64,000 bases of DNA from Promethearchaeia archaeon (GCA_029856155.1 JAHQWL010000098.1:1-64000), one strand, 5' to 3'. Shown: positions 19,928-31,222, counted from the first letter of the stretch. The notes: a model not told the origin generated them from the sequence alone. Numbers and translations: made by a program.

Positions 19928-20350
19928 ATGGCCAAAAAAAGTAATAAATCAGAATCAAAGATTTCAGATATTCCCGAAAGTTATCAGAGATACGTAGACG
20001 AGATTCATATTATCTCCAGGAAAAAAAAGGGGGGTTGGGTTACAAATAAAGAAATTGCAGAAAGCCTTCATGTAGAACCGGCTTCCGTGTCGGGAATGTT
20101 AGAAAAATTAAAAAATAAGGGTTTAATCAAATGGGAACCAAGAAAGGCTATTAGATTAACTGAAGAGGGTAAAAAAATTGCTTCACAATTAGATGAAATT
20201 CATTCTCTCCTTTATCAATTTTTTGAAGAAGTTCTAAAAATAGAAAATCAAGATGTTATTGAAAATCTATCTTGTGAAATAGAACATCATATTACTCGAG
20301 GTGTTAAAGAATCATTAGAACAATTTCTTTCAAAATACTTAGATGATTAA
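19928..20350 (+). CDS. DtxR/MntR family metal-dependent transcriptional regulator
   Basis: EIAESLHVEPASVSGMLEKL HTH, LTEEG, CEIEHHI. Confidence 0.88.
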   Translation: MAKKSNKSESKISDIPESYQRYVDEIHIISRKKKGGWVTNKEIAESLHVEPASVSGMLEKLKNKGLIKWEPRKAIRLTEEGKKIASQLDEIHSLLYQFFEEVLKIENQDVIENLSCEIEHHITRGVKESLEQFLSKYLDD

Positions 20351-20415
20351 TTTTAATTATAATCCTTAATTCAATGATGCAAGTACCTTAAAATATTTCC
20401 TCAAATGCATTTAAA

Positions 20416-21174
20416 ATGTCTGATAATTTAAAAGAAAAAGTAAGATTAGTAGATATAATATTTGAAAACTTTTCTAACTTTATTGAATTGAAAGATTTTA
20501 GATCTTTTTTACTATTTACTCTAACTAGTCAAGTTCCAACTAATATATTAGCTCAAATCGGGTTAGGAGGTAATAAAGAAGTTATAAACTTACCTTATAA
20601 TCCTCTATTTAATATTTATTATCAGAAAATTAATTTGATATCAGCAGGGTCTTTAATAATTTACGTAAAGAACGAGCCTATAACTGATAAATTTACATTA
20701 GAAAAAGATCATCAAATAATAAAAAATTTTCTAACTGCTAATGAAATGAATCTAGCATTTCGAGGTAAAGAAAAATTTCTCCTCCCGAAGATTAGTGATT
20801 GCTCAGCTTATAATAACAACGGAAAATCTAATTTAACAATTAAAGTTGACGATCTATTCCATTCATTAGAAAGTTTCTTAGCAGTAGCGGAACCAAATTT
20901 GCTCTTTGTTGTAGATGCTACTAATGAATCAGAATCTGATATATTATTTACGTTTAACATGGTGCCAGAGATATCCGGTCATATCGATCAAAGGGTTCTG
21001 AAAATCGATGTTTTTTTTGATAAGGACCATAAAACAAGAGATAAAACCTATTTAAAAAGAGAAGAAGATTATACAATAAAATTTTTAAATGATATCAAAG
21101 AAATAAGTCATGCAGATACATATAAGTCAGCTTTTTCATTAATACTGCATGTAAAATCATTTTCAAAACCATAG
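20416..21174 (+). CDS. Hypothetical protein
   Basis: 252-aa ORF, no motif recognised. Confidence 0.7.
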   Translation: MSDNLKEKVRLVDIIFENFSNFIELKDFRSFLLFTLTSQVPTNILAQIGLGGNKEVINLPYNPLFNIYYQKINLISAGSLIIYVKNEPITDKFTLEKDHQIIKNFLTANEMNLAFRGKEKFLLPKISDCSAYNNNGKSNLTIKVDDLFHSLESFLAVAEPNLLFVVDATNESESDILFTFNMVPEISGHIDQRVLKIDVFFDKDHKTRDKTYLKREEDYTIKFLNDIKEISHADTYKSAFSLILHVKSFSKP

Positions 21175-21422
21175 TATGACTCAATTCTTTTTATTTCTTT
21201 CATCTTGATTTAGAATGTTAGATATAAAAAATATATATTAGTGTATTAATACTATTATTGCATTTATTAGATAGTTGATAGAATTATATTCGTTAACAAT
21301 TAAGCGATTAATACAATTAAAGGATTAATATAATCAATTTATATATCATCCGACAAAATATATTAAATATAATATTCAGTATTCAGTTTAATTTTAAATA
21401 TCATGTAAAAAGGGTTGATAAA

Positions 21423-21626
21423 ATGAAGATTATTACAATAAATTTACCAGAAAAGTATTTGCAAGCAATTCAAATTTTAAATGACATGGGGGTTTATCCT
21501 TCCCGGAGTGAGGCGATAAGAATTGCTTTGAATGAATTTTTAGCGAAAGAATTAAAAATGTACAACGATCTCGATGATCATAGCTTTAAAATGCTTATAA
21601 GAAGCAAAACTAATAAAAAAAATTAA
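21423..21626 (+). CDS. Ribbon-helix-helix (CopG/MetJ) protein
   Basis: MKIITINLPEKYL...GVYPSRSEAIRIAL. Confidence 0.88.
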   Translation: MKIITINLPEKYLQAIQILNDMGVYPSRSEAIRIALNEFLAKELKMYNDLDDHSFKMLIRSKTNKKN

Positions 21627-21781
21627 TCTTATCTCTTTTTTTCATTTTAGAATTTAAATCTCTAGGTTTTAATGTATTATCTTTAATTCACTTGATTTCC
21701 CAAAATGAATTAATTAAAAAATTAAATAGAAAAAAGACATAATAAAATTGATCTATTAATATCTAAAATTGTTAACGAATC

Positions 21782-23050
21782 ATGAAATATTTAAAATCTA
21801 CGCAAATACTGACTTTATTAACTCTTTTCTCAAGTGCCTTGTTTAGCATAATAAGCCCCATGGCAGAAGAGATTTCTTTTACTTTGAATTTTAATGAAAA
21901 TCAAGTACCATTCATAAATTCAATGTTTTTAATAGTTGGTGCTGTTAGTTCTCTTATATGGGCAATTTTAGGAGACAAAACTTCAAGGAAAGTATTACTT
22001 GTTATTTCAACCCTCGAATGGTCAGTTCTCACGCTACTTACAATTTTCTCTACTAATTTTCTTTCTTTATTAACATTTCAATTAATTACAGCAATAGGAT
22101 TTGGGGCAGCATTACCGCTAATCTTCTCCTTAACAATAGATTTAGTTGATCCAAAAAACCGCGGAAAAAAATTTGGGACTTTATCAGCTGTTTATGTTTT
22201 AGGTAATGGATTAGGACAAATCCTTTCGGGATTCTTAATAGATTACTACACATGGCAAATGCCACTTTTAATTATTTCTATAAGTGGGTTTGTTTGTACG
22301 GGATTGTTATTTTTAGTTAAAGAGCCTTTAAGAGGAAGCACAGATGACCTCTATAAATCAATTGAAGAGGGTGCTCTTGGAATAGGATATAAAATTAAGA
22401 TAAAAGACCTTAAGCAAATTTGGAAAATCAAATCAACTTTATGGATATTATTATTGAATTTTACCATGTTTATCTCTATAGGTGCCATATCATCATTTTT
22501 TATTTCAATGTTGAAAAATGATTTTGATCTGACTTCAACTATAGCAACTTTAGTATTAATTTTAGTATTTGGTTCTCAAGTTCCCGCAGGGCCTCTCTTT
22601 GGTAAATGGGGAGATAAAAAATATGAGACTGAAAAGAAAGGAAGGATGAAAGTTGTGCTAATATGTCTTTTATCTGGCTCAATTTTATATATTATAGCTT
22701 ATTCACTATTTTTTATTTCGACAGAATTACCTTTTATTATTATGTTTATTATCCTTACAATAGGAGGTGCCTTTTTATTCGGGGGTATTGACCCGTTAAC
22801 GCAAGCTACTCTCGGAATCAACCCTCCACAGATTAGATCAACAATTTATTCTATCAATTATTTGACCTACACTTTTGGACGTAGTATAAGTTTACTACTT
22901 CTTGGCCAATTCTTCATTATCTTTAATAACTTTTATAGTCCAGGTTATTTGATTTTATCGATAATGGCTCTATTATGCTCGTTAACTCTTATCCCTATTT
23001 TAAAAACACTACCAAGAGATATTGAGAATATAAAATCGAATATAATTTAA
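21782..23050 (+). CDS. MFS transporter
   Basis: ~12 TM segments; motif A 'ILGDKTSRK', 'RGKKFG'. Confidence 0.88.
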   Translation: MKYLKSTQILTLLTLFSSALFSIISPMAEEISFTLNFNENQVPFINSMFLIVGAVSSLIWAILGDKTSRKVLLVISTLEWSVLTLLTIFSTNFLSLLTFQLITAIGFGAALPLIFSLTIDLVDPKNRGKKFGTLSAVYVLGNGLGQILSGFLIDYYTWQMPLLIISISGFVCTGLLFLVKEPLRGSTDDLYKSIEEGALGIGYKIKIKDLKQIWKIKSTLWILLLNFTMFISIGAISSFFISMLKNDFDLTSTIATLVLILVFGSQVPAGPLFGKWGDKKYETEKKGRMKVVLICLLSGSILYIIAYSLFFISTELPFIIMFIILTIGGAFLFGGIDPLTQATLGINPPQIRSTIYSINYLTYTFGRSISLLLLGQFFIIFNNFYSPGYLILSIMALLCSLTLIPILKTLPRDIENIKSNII

Positions 23051-23078
23051 TTTACTTTTTTTTATATAAAGAATTATC

Positions 23079-23786
23079 ATGGAAATAAAGACTGACTTGT
23101 GTATAGGGTGTGGGCAATGTATAATTATTTGTCCAGTTCAAGCTATAAGACTAATAGATAATAAAGCGATAATAGATCAGGATCTATGTGTTGAATGTGC
23201 AGTGTGCTATCGAGATGCGGGATGTCCTGTTAACGCAATTAGGTTGAAGCGATTGAAGTGGCCAAGAATAATTAGGAGTCCATTAAGTAATGTAATGGCT
23301 ACCCATAAAATTACAGGGATCCCCGGAAGGGGTACTGAAGAGATGAAGACTAATGATGTAACAAACCGTTTTAACACTAATGAAATCGGAGTTTCTATTG
23401 AATTAGGTAGACCCGGGGTGGGGGCTCACCTTAGAGATATTGAACTTTTCACTACAAAACTTTCTAGAATTGGTGTTGAATATGAAGAACAGAGTCCAGT
23501 AACAGCAATTATAATTGATAAAGAAGGTCATATCAAAGATGACATTAAAGATGAATTTGTTCTCTCAGCATTTATTGAATTAAAAATACCTAGAGAGAAA
23601 ATTAGTCAGGTTTTACAAATAATAAGAGATGTAGAAGAAGAAATTGATACAGTATTTACTGTTGGCATAATTTCAAGGGTAAAAGAAAATAACTTTGACC
23701 CTATCGTAAAGATATTATCACAACAAGGATTTGAAATTAAACCTAATGCAAAAGTCAACATTGGATTAGGTAAAATATTGAAATAA
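23079..23786 (+). CDS. 2x[4Fe-4S] ferredoxin domain fused to uncharacterised domain
   Basis: CIGCGQCIIICP, CVECAVC..CP; GRGTEEMKTNDVT, ELGRPGVG. Confidence 0.8.
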   Translation: MEIKTDLCIGCGQCIIICPVQAIRLIDNKAIIDQDLCVECAVCYRDAGCPVNAIRLKRLKWPRIIRSPLSNVMATHKITGIPGRGTEEMKTNDVTNRFNTNEIGVSIELGRPGVGAHLRDIELFTTKLSRIGVEYEEQSPVTAIIIDKEGHIKDDIKDEFVLSAFIELKIPREKISQVLQIIRDVEEEIDTVFTVGIISRVKENNFDPIVKILSQQGFEIKPNAKVNIGLGKILK

Positions 23787-23802
23787 GAAGGTAAGGGGAA
23801 TA

Positions 23803-24396
23803 ATGACACATTCATTACATAGAAAAGGCAAAAAAGCAGATTTACAAAAAGATTATGTTATTTTAGCTATGCTAGCTAAAGGAATCAATGATAAATTTCC
23901 TGATTCGCGCCATAGGTTAATACAAATTGGTGAAATTCTAAATGAATATAATCCTATAAATATACTTCCTAAAGAACTTTGGAAGGTTTCTCCTGTTATC
24001 ACAGCAACTTATACTGATATAAAAACTGTGAAAAAACTAATAAAAACTCTTAAAAAAGAAGATTTAGGGATCTCTATCGTTGTGAGTGGATTACTTGAAG
24101 AAATTCAAAAGATGGCATCCAAAATTGATCTAAAATTGCATACCGTCCATTATTCTTTAGGTATCTTTGGGAAAAAAGAGTTACTGCCTTCAGATAAAAT
24201 TTTAGAAATTACAACAATGTGCGGGCATCATTGTATCTCACCGCAATCTGTTTTGTATTATGTGAAATTGATTAGAGATAAAAAAATCTCGGTAGAAAAA
24301 GCAGCAGAAAAATTAAAAAAGCCTTGTGTTTGTGGAATTTTCAATCTCTCTAGAGCTGTGCAAATCCTTAATATAATAGCTAAAGATTCTTCTTAA
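23803..24396 (+). CDS. Conserved Cys-motif protein, partner of the upstream Fe-S protein
   Basis: MTHSLHR, LGISIVVSG, TMCGH, CVCGIFN. Confidence 0.7.
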   Translation: MTHSLHRKGKKADLQKDYVILAMLAKGINDKFPDSRHRLIQIGEILNEYNPINILPKELWKVSPVITATYTDIKTVKKLIKTLKKEDLGISIVVSGLLEEIQKMASKIDLKLHTVHYSLGIFGKKELLPSDKILEITTMCGHHCISPQSVLYYVKLIRDKKISVEKAAEKLKKPCVCGIFNLSRAVQILNIIAKDSS

Positions 24397-24517
24397 TTTT
24401 TAAAATAAGTAATTCATATCTCAAGATATAAATAGTCAATTAATTTATTTTCAATTAGAAAAAAAGGAATTCAAGTATTATATTCATACAACGAAAATAG
24501 ATATAAAGGTAAAATTA

Positions 24518-25156
24518 ATGAAAATAGCAATTATAGGAACAGGAAGATTAGGGAGTACTTTAGGGAAAATTTGGGCAGAAAAAGGACACATGATTATGTT
24601 TGGCTCTCAAGATCCCCAGAAAGCAATAAAGTTAGCTAATTCAATCGGATTCAATGCAACTGGAGGAACATATGAAGAAGCTTCAAAATTTAGTGAAATA
24701 ATCATTCTAGCAGTTCCATGGTCAGGCGCAAAAGAATCAATCAAAAAAGCTGGAGATTTAAAAGATAAGATTATTGTAGATTCTACTACTACTGCTGCAC
24801 CCCATTTAGGAGGACCTTTAATAGTACCTACTCCATCTGCTGCAGAAAAAGTTGCAAAATGGGCAGTAGGCGCTAAAGTAATAAAAGCAGTTCATACTAT
24901 TGGAGTAGATAGTTTAACTAAATTACAATTTGGTTCCCAACAAGCAAGTTTATTTGTTTGTGGTGATTATTTGGACGCAAAATCAAAATTGAAGCAATTA
25001 GGACTCGATCTCGGTTTTGAAGTTATTGATGTTGGACCACTTACAAATGCTAGACTTATCGAACCTTTAGCAATGCTTTGGATTGAATTAGCTTATAATC
25101 AAGGAATGGGGACAGATATTACCTTTAAATTATTAAGACGTAGGAAGGCAAAATAA
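24518..25156 (+). CDS. NADPH-dependent F420 reductase family oxidoreductase
   Basis: IAIIGTGRLG, ILAVPW, CGD, GFEVIDVGPLTNARLIEP. Confidence 0.82.
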   Translation: MKIAIIGTGRLGSTLGKIWAEKGHMIMFGSQDPQKAIKLANSIGFNATGGTYEEASKFSEIIILAVPWSGAKESIKKAGDLKDKIIVDSTTTAAPHLGGPLIVPTPSAAEKVAKWAVGAKVIKAVHTIGVDSLTKLQFGSQQASLFVCGDYLDAKSKLKQLGLDLGFEVIDVGPLTNARLIEPLAMLWIELAYNQGMGTDITFKLLRRRKAK

Positions 25157-25315
25157 CTAATTTACTAATTTAATTTTTCTCTTTTCTATGTCATTTTTTT
25201 TTGCGGTAGATTTCAGTTAAGTTATAACTTTAACCTATAAAATAAAATTAATTTAAAAATTATAAATAATCATAGGTAGATTATATTTTAATAAATATTG
25301 ATTTATGAATGAGAT

Positions 25316-26365
25316 ATGCGAGTTGCTAGATATTATAGTAATAATGATGTAAGGACTGACGATATACTAAAACCAATAATCGGTCCAGGAGAATTCATGG
25401 TTAAAGTAAAAAGATCGGGAATCTGTGGATCTGATATACTAGAATATTATAGAAAAGCAAAAATGAAAAAGTTGGGAGTAAGCTCTTTGATTTTAGGCCA
25501 TGAGATTGCTGGAGACATAGTAGAGAAAAGTGAGTCTATAAAACACCTTAGTGTAGGAGATCGTGTTTTTGTATCGCACCATGTGCCTTGTTTTGATTGT
25601 CATTATTGTACACAAGGACACCATACAGCATGTAGTTTACTTCATAACACAAATTTTGATCCTGGTGGTTTCGCTGAATACGTCAGGGTACCTAAAATCA
25701 ATATAGAAAAAAGAGGCGTATATGTATTAGATAATAATGTCTCATATGAGGAAGCCGTTTTTATTGAGCCATTAGGATGTGTTTGTCGAGCACAACGTTT
25801 ATCAAATGTTAAAAAAGGGATGACTGTTTTGATTTTAGGATGTGGGGCATCGGGGTTATTACATGTAAAATTAGCAAAACTTAGAGGTGCTAAAAAGGTT
25901 ATTGCAACTGATATTAATGAATTCCGGTTACAAAAAGCACTGGAATTTGGAGCTGATGAAGTTTTTAACGCAGGTAGAGATCTACCAAATGAAATTAAAA
26001 AGATCAACAACTATATATTAGCTGATATCGTGATAGTTTGTACGGGAGCTTTATCAGCAGCAAACCAAGCATTGGAATGTGCTGCACCGGGAAGTAAAAT
26101 CATATTTTTTGCGGTTCCAGAACCAGGGATAAACTTAGAAGTTCCGATAAACCGATACTGGAGAAATGAAATTACAATTCTGACTTCTTACGGTGCGGCT
26201 CCAGAAGACCTTGATGAAGCATACAATTGGATACTCTCAAAGAGGATTAATGTTGTAGATTTAATTACTCATCGATTCCCCCTCAGCAAAGCTGGTGAGG
26301 CATTTAGAGTAGTATGCGAAGCTGGTGAATCAATTAAAGTAATTTTTGACATGGAACTAGATTAA
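25316..26365 (+). CDS. Zn-dependent (sorbitol/threonine-type) dehydrogenase
   Basis: GICGSD, GHEIAG, CxxCxxC..C, GCGASG, LITHRFPL. Confidence 0.9.
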   Translation: MRVARYYSNNDVRTDDILKPIIGPGEFMVKVKRSGICGSDILEYYRKAKMKKLGVSSLILGHEIAGDIVEKSESIKHLSVGDRVFVSHHVPCFDCHYCTQGHHTACSLLHNTNFDPGGFAEYVRVPKINIEKRGVYVLDNNVSYEEAVFIEPLGCVCRAQRLSNVKKGMTVLILGCGASGLLHVKLAKLRGAKKVIATDINEFRLQKALEFGADEVFNAGRDLPNEIKKINNYILADIVIVCTGALSAANQALECAAPGSKIIFFAVPEPGINLEVPINRYWRNEITILTSYGAAPEDLDEAYNWILSKRINVVDLITHRFPLSKAGEAFRVVCEAGESIKVIFDMELD

Positions 26366-26381
26366 TATCTTGAAAATTCGA

Positions 26382-27344
26382 TTATTTAAATTGATTGCTT
26401 CTCTGGATATGCTTTCGAATTATCCAAGATTCCCATAAACTATATATCTCAAATAAAAAATCTTTTAATTTTTTTTTTGGGAAAAATATATCCATTTTAA
26501 GTAATTGACTAACAACCTCATCTTCTGATAACTTAGAAGAGTTTGATATTTTTAACGCATTATCAACTTTTTTTTGATTCTCATTAATCTTAGTTCTCAT
26601 ATATTCAAAAGGGGTTGTATCTGGATTTTTTACTATATAAGAGTGGCTTGAAGTTAAAAATTTCGCGTAATTTAAAAAAATTGACTCTGCTTGATTAATA
26701 TCTTCAATATATTGCGAAATTGAGGCTTCTTTAAATCCATACCAAGGACCAAAACCATCAATCTCAGGTTTTGGTTTATCAAATCCAAGGCAACTAATAT
26801 GAAACACCTTTTCTTTAGGTATTAAGAATCCAACGTGGGATCTCGAATGCCCGGGAAATGAGATTGTCTCTACTACTAAGTTCTCAAATTTTAGTGTTTC
26901 ACCAGATTTGAAAGAATTTATATAGTTACAGTTATGAAACCCATTTATTTTTCCAAATTTTTCAATAGTAGAATACTCTAAAGTTTCGTTAAAACCAAAA
27001 CCTCTATAAAAATTACGAAGATCAAGCAAATAATTCGCTTCCGGGGTTGGAGCATGGATATTAACTCCAAGTTGCTCCCAAGCATATACATGAGAAGTAT
27101 GGTCAATGTGTGCATGGGTACACACATAGTTTGAGACGGGACCATATATATCATTCAAATTTTTAATATATTTAGGTTCGATATTTAAATCAAGTGCTAT
27201 CGTTTTTTTATTTCTAGCTTCTTTAGGTAAAATTAGAAGCCCATCACAACAAGAAAATAAAAAGGGGACTTTTTTTTGATGGATTAGTAAAATGTCTTCT
27301 GTTACTTCCCAGATTTCAAGATTATCTATTATTGGAAGAGACAT
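26382..27344 (-). CDS. MBL-fold metallo-hydrolase
   Basis: THAHIDH, PGHS..H, SSH. Confidence 0.8.
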   Translation of the reverse strand: MSLPIIDNLEIWEVTEDILLIHQKKVPFLFSCCDGLLILPKEARNKKTIALDLNIEPKYIKNLNDIYGPVSNYVCTHAHIDHTSHVYAWEQLGVNIHAPTPEANYLLDLRNFYRGFGFNETLEYSTIEKFGKINGFHNCNYINSFKSGETLKFENLVVETISFPGHSRSHVGFLIPKEKVFHISCLGFDKPKPEIDGFGPWYGFKEASISQYIEDINQAESIFLNYAKFLTSSHSYIVKNPDTTPFEYMRTKINENQKKVDNALKISNSSKLSEDEVVSQLLKMDIFFPKKKLKDFLFEIYSLWESWIIRKHIQRSNQFK

Positions 27345-27460
27345 GGATGTATTATTTCTTGATATTTATCCAAATTGTAATATAAAATAAATAAAACTTT
27401 AATAAGTTGACTTTCATAAAATTTAAGTCAATTTAAAAGAATAATGAACATATTATCATA

Positions 27461-28597
27461 CTATTTGAAAGCATATAAAATGTAGTATGGAGTAAGATAT
27501 AATCCTTTCTTGGAAAAAAGGTTAATAAAATAATTTGTTAATTTTGAGATAGGATTATATATCGACGCAATATTTAGATTTATCTTAGGAATAAATTTCT
27601 TGGTTGAAAGATTATATCTACTTTCATAAACTCCCGCTATTACTTGGCCATCAAAATTGTGTCGGGTAAAAAACTCTAACAATTCATATGGGTTCATTAA
27701 CCCTTCGGCCCAGTTTCCTGTAAAGGGATCACAAGTATTTGAAGGAAACCTTTTCTCTCTTTCTGAAGGAACTTTTTTCAAATCTAAATATTTTAAAACA
27801 CAATCTTTAATATCCTTCTCAATCAGTCCCCTTGTTAACCTCGTTAAGAGTTTTAACTCTTCAAAATTTAGTCTATTTTCTGATATTTTAAGAATGAGTT
27901 CCTTTCTTATTTTTGCATAGGCATCTAAGGTATATCCTTCTTTATGTCCAAATTCCTTCTTTCTATCAATAAACTCACAATTATGATGGTGAGTTTTTAT
28001 TCTTTTTTTTATAATAGGATTATATGGATTAGCTCCTGATGCTAATACAAGACTTAAATTTTTTTGAGGTAAGTTTATTAGCCCCTGAAAAAATGATTCA
28101 ATATTATAAATATGTTCAATAACATCATAAGATCCTACAACATTGCATTATATAGATTTATCTTTAAGGTAACTTATAATGTCTTGTATTTCACCTAAGA
28201 GATACTCGTCTGCAATATTTCCTATTGATTTAGCAATCTCTTTAGCATCATAACACGAAATTTTGTAGACATCATTATATAAAACTGTACCAATTCCGAT
28301 CTCTTTCGCTAATAATGAAAATATGCCAGAACCGCCACCATATTCAATAAACACAAAATCTTCTAAAGAGTTCTTATAATTTCTTAAGCAAAGAGTTAGT
28401 AAAAAACAATATCGTTGCAAAGTTCCTTTTAAATTAGAGATTGATTTCCCAAAATAATTAGCCATATAATCTGAAATATTTAAGGATTTTATTTCTAAAT
28501 AATATAATTTATAAAATAAGTTTTTAGCTGCTAATTCAATCTCATCTAAGAGTTTTCGATTTTTAGGTATATATTTAGATTTTAATAAAAATTCCAT
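27461..28597 (-). pseudogene. Class I SAM-dependent methyltransferase with one in-frame TAA (28148-28150)
   Basis: EYGGGSG motif I; frame continues after TAA (CNVVGSYDVIEHIYN...) without another stop into ORF 27461..27781; 379 codons in total. Confidence 0.75.
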
Positions 28598-28630
28598 GAT
28601 TATTATAAAAAAAAATATTTAATGATAGAA

Positions 28631-29425
28631 TTAGAGTCCTTTTGGACCTTGTTTGTATATTTCATAAGCTTCATCTACAGAAGCATTATTATGAACTATC
28701 TCACGAACAGCTTTAATCATTCCAATAGGAGAATCGCTTTGGAATATATTTCTTCCCATGTCTACGCCGACAGCTCCTTTGTCAATTGCATTCTTTGACA
28801 TCTGTAAGGCATCAATTTCTTCAATTTTTTTTCCTCCCGCGATTACCACAGGTGCGGGACAGATACTTGTTACTTCCTCAAAGTTTTCACAATAATAGGT
28901 TTTTACAAAAGTAGCACCCATTTCTGCGGCCATTCTACTTGCCATCCCTAGATATCGTGCATCTCTTACCATTTCTCTGCCTACAGCAGTCACTGCTAAT
29001 GTAGGAATGCCATATTCTTGACCCCAATTTACTAATTTTGAAAGATTCATTAAGGTTTGCTTCTCATTTTCTCCGCCTACAAAAATTGAGCAAGTAATGG
29101 CAGATACATTTAATCTTATCGCATCATCAATAGCAACATTTATTTCTTCATTAGAGAGTTCCTTTAACATTGAAGCTCCCGCTGATACTCTTAAGACAAT
29201 AGGTACATCAATTTCAGAAGGTACACAATTTCTAAGCATTCCTCTTGTTAGCATAAGAGCATCAGCATATTCAAATAATGGTTTCATATCTGTGAAACAT
29301 TTTAGTTGACCGGGAACGTTTCCAAAGTATCCATGATCAATTGCTAACATAACGCAATGCCCACTCTTTGGTTTAATAATTCTGTTAAAGCGGTTCTGAA
29401 ACCCCCAGTCTCCCACTACAACCAT
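28631..29425 (-). CDS. lsrF: LsrF-type thiolase (DhnA class I aldolase family)
   Basis: DWGFQNRF, MLAIDHGYF, VKTYYC, PVVIAGGKK, GVDMGRNIFQS. Confidence 0.9.
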   Translation of the reverse strand: MVVVGDWGFQNRFNRIIKPKSGHCVMLAIDHGYFGNVPGQLKCFTDMKPLFEYADALMLTRGMLRNCVPSEIDVPIVLRVSAGASMLKELSNEEINVAIDDAIRLNVSAITCSIFVGGENEKQTLMNLSKLVNWGQEYGIPTLAVTAVGREMVRDARYLGMASRMAAEMGATFVKTYYCENFEEVTSICPAPVVIAGGKKIEEIDALQMSKNAIDKGAVGVDMGRNIFQSDSPIGMIKAVREIVHNNASVDEAYEIYKQGPKGL

Positions 29426-29543
29426 TTTTAATTCCCTTTTTAATAGTTTTAATATAATTTAAGATTATTTTTTTAAATAAATTAATGATCTCTATTTTAC
29501 TTTTTCTAAAAAACACAAATAAGTAAAGTATATACAAAAATAA

Positions 29544-30392
29544 TTAAATCACGCTTAAGAATTCTCCAACTCTGTTCTTAATTTTTGAAACGATCTTTTT
29601 TGAGATGTTCCGTCTAATAAACTCTTTAATCAAGTTTAAGTGATAAGTACTAGTTTTTTTAATACTTAGAGCTTTAGAGATTTTAACTGCTAGATCGTCT
29701 TCATAAATTTGATCAACTTCTTCTAGAATTGAAACAGTATAGTGCACTTCCTTTATCAGGTTAGATATATCTTGTTGTAGGAGTTTTAATTGTTCTTCTT
29801 CATCAATTATTTCTAAAGCTCTCTTAATAATTTGTTCCTCGAATTTTAATTTGATTGACCACGGAGTCTGAAAAATATGTTGAGATGTATCCAATATTAA
29901 AGCATCTTTATCCTTAACTTTAATTTTATTAATATCGGGGTCTTCAATTATATAGATAGTTTTGCTTCCCCTATAGGTCTCTGGTAATAGATTATCTCCA
30001 ACTGAATTTAATAAAGCTTCATCATATTGGAAATTTTCATCTTTTATAACATAAGAGGGATAATTAAATATTTTTCCATGTATAAGACTGAAAATTCCAT
30101 AAATTCCAAAAATTTGTATTAAGTTCTTAAGATTTACCCTTCCAGCAGTTTCCCTATCAACTATAGGTGAAACCGTATCCATCAGAATGTCGATTTTCTC
30201 ATACCCTCTTATAATCCCTTTTGTATCTACAAAGACGATAAATTGGTGTTCAGGACATACAGCATTGATTGGGATTTGAATTTTAATTGACCCAAATTTT
30301 TTTTGAGAGAATATTGCCTCAGGAACGTTTACATTTTTCACTTTCCCACATGTTGGGCATACGACTTCGAGAACCTTAAATGTTTCAGCCAT
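29544..30392 (-). CDS. Hypothetical protein with N-terminal Zn ribbon
   Basis: CPTCG...CPEHQFIVFVD..IRGYEKID. Confidence 0.7.
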   Translation of the reverse strand: MAETFKVLEVVCPTCGKVKNVNVPEAIFSQKKFGSIKIQIPINAVCPEHQFIVFVDTKGIIRGYEKIDILMDTVSPIVDRETAGRVNLKNLIQIFGIYGIFSLIHGKIFNYPSYVIKDENFQYDEALLNSVGDNLLPETYRGSKTIYIIEDPDINKIKVKDKDALILDTSQHIFQTPWSIKLKFEEQIIKRALEIIDEEEQLKLLQQDISNLIKEVHYTVSILEEVDQIYEDDLAVKISKALSIKKTSTYHLNLIKEFIRRNISKKIVSKIKNRVGEFLSVI

Positions 30393-30511
30393 ATTGCAAT
30401 CTTATAAATTATTATTTTAACTATAAATAAATAGATAAACTCTACAAAAAAATTTAATGAAATTCCCACAATTCTAAAATCTAGGTTTAAAATTAAAATC
30501 TTGTAAATTTA

Positions 30512-31222
30512 CTAATTAAGGAGCTTGAGAAATTCCTTTTTCCAAATCTGATAATCCATTACATAGTTGAAGCCGCAAACAGTATCAAATTCTCTTTTTT
30601 CAATTATTTTTTTTAACCTTTTTGCTCCTTCCTTGGTTGATTGTAAGGAACCATAAGGATTTAATATAAAAATCTGATCTAATGGGATTAAATAATCACA
30701 GATAAAAATTATATCTTCAAAAATATAAAAAGTGAATCCTCGCGTATGTCCATTGATATGAAATGCTTCTATTCCAGATAAATTAAAATCTTGAGTAAAT
30801 TTTTTATCAAAAGGATGTAACTTAGAAAGTAAATGTTCAGAATCATGTTTATGAATCCATATAAAAGCAGTATAATATCCTCTATAAAGGTTTGATGCGC
30901 CAAGAAAATGTTGGTGTGTGAATAATATTTTATCCATTGGTTCTAAATCTTTAGAGAAGGTAGAAGGACAATCAATCCAGATTCTCTTATTATCTATTTC
31001 AATACTATAAGTAGAATGATCAAGTCCTAAAGGCGGATATGAATTTAAGCGGAAAACTTTATCGTTAACTCTTGAACTCAGAATTTTATGCATTTGGGAA
31101 CACTCTTCTGCAGTTATGAAATTTTCATTAGAGGAACCACAGAAAGGACAAAATTGAAAAAAGTGCCCTATCATATTATAACCACATCTTTTACATACAT
31201 ATTGTCTTTGGAGGTCTGTCAT
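30512..31222 (-). CDS. Rubredoxin-like domain + degenerate MBL-fold protein
   Basis: CKRCGY..CPFCG; FTHQHF, GHTRG. Confidence 0.72.
   Translation of the reverse strand: MTDLQRQYVCKRCGYNMIGHFFQFCPFCGSSNENFITAEECSQMHKILSSRVNDKVFRLNSYPPLGLDHSTYSIEIDNKRIWIDCPSTFSKDLEPMDKILFTHQHFLGASNLYRGYYTAFIWIHKHDSEHLLSKLHPFDKKFTQDFNLSGIEAFHINGHTRGFTFYIFEDIIFICDYLIPLDQIFILNPYGSLQSTKEGAKRLKKIIEKREFDTVCGFNYVMDYQIWKKEFLKLLN

Noticed and set aside
28128-28157. Possible BHB intron around the TAA in the methyltransferase
   Set aside because: Weak stem with G-U pairs, and excision deletes the methyltransferase strand (NVVGSY) before DVIEH.
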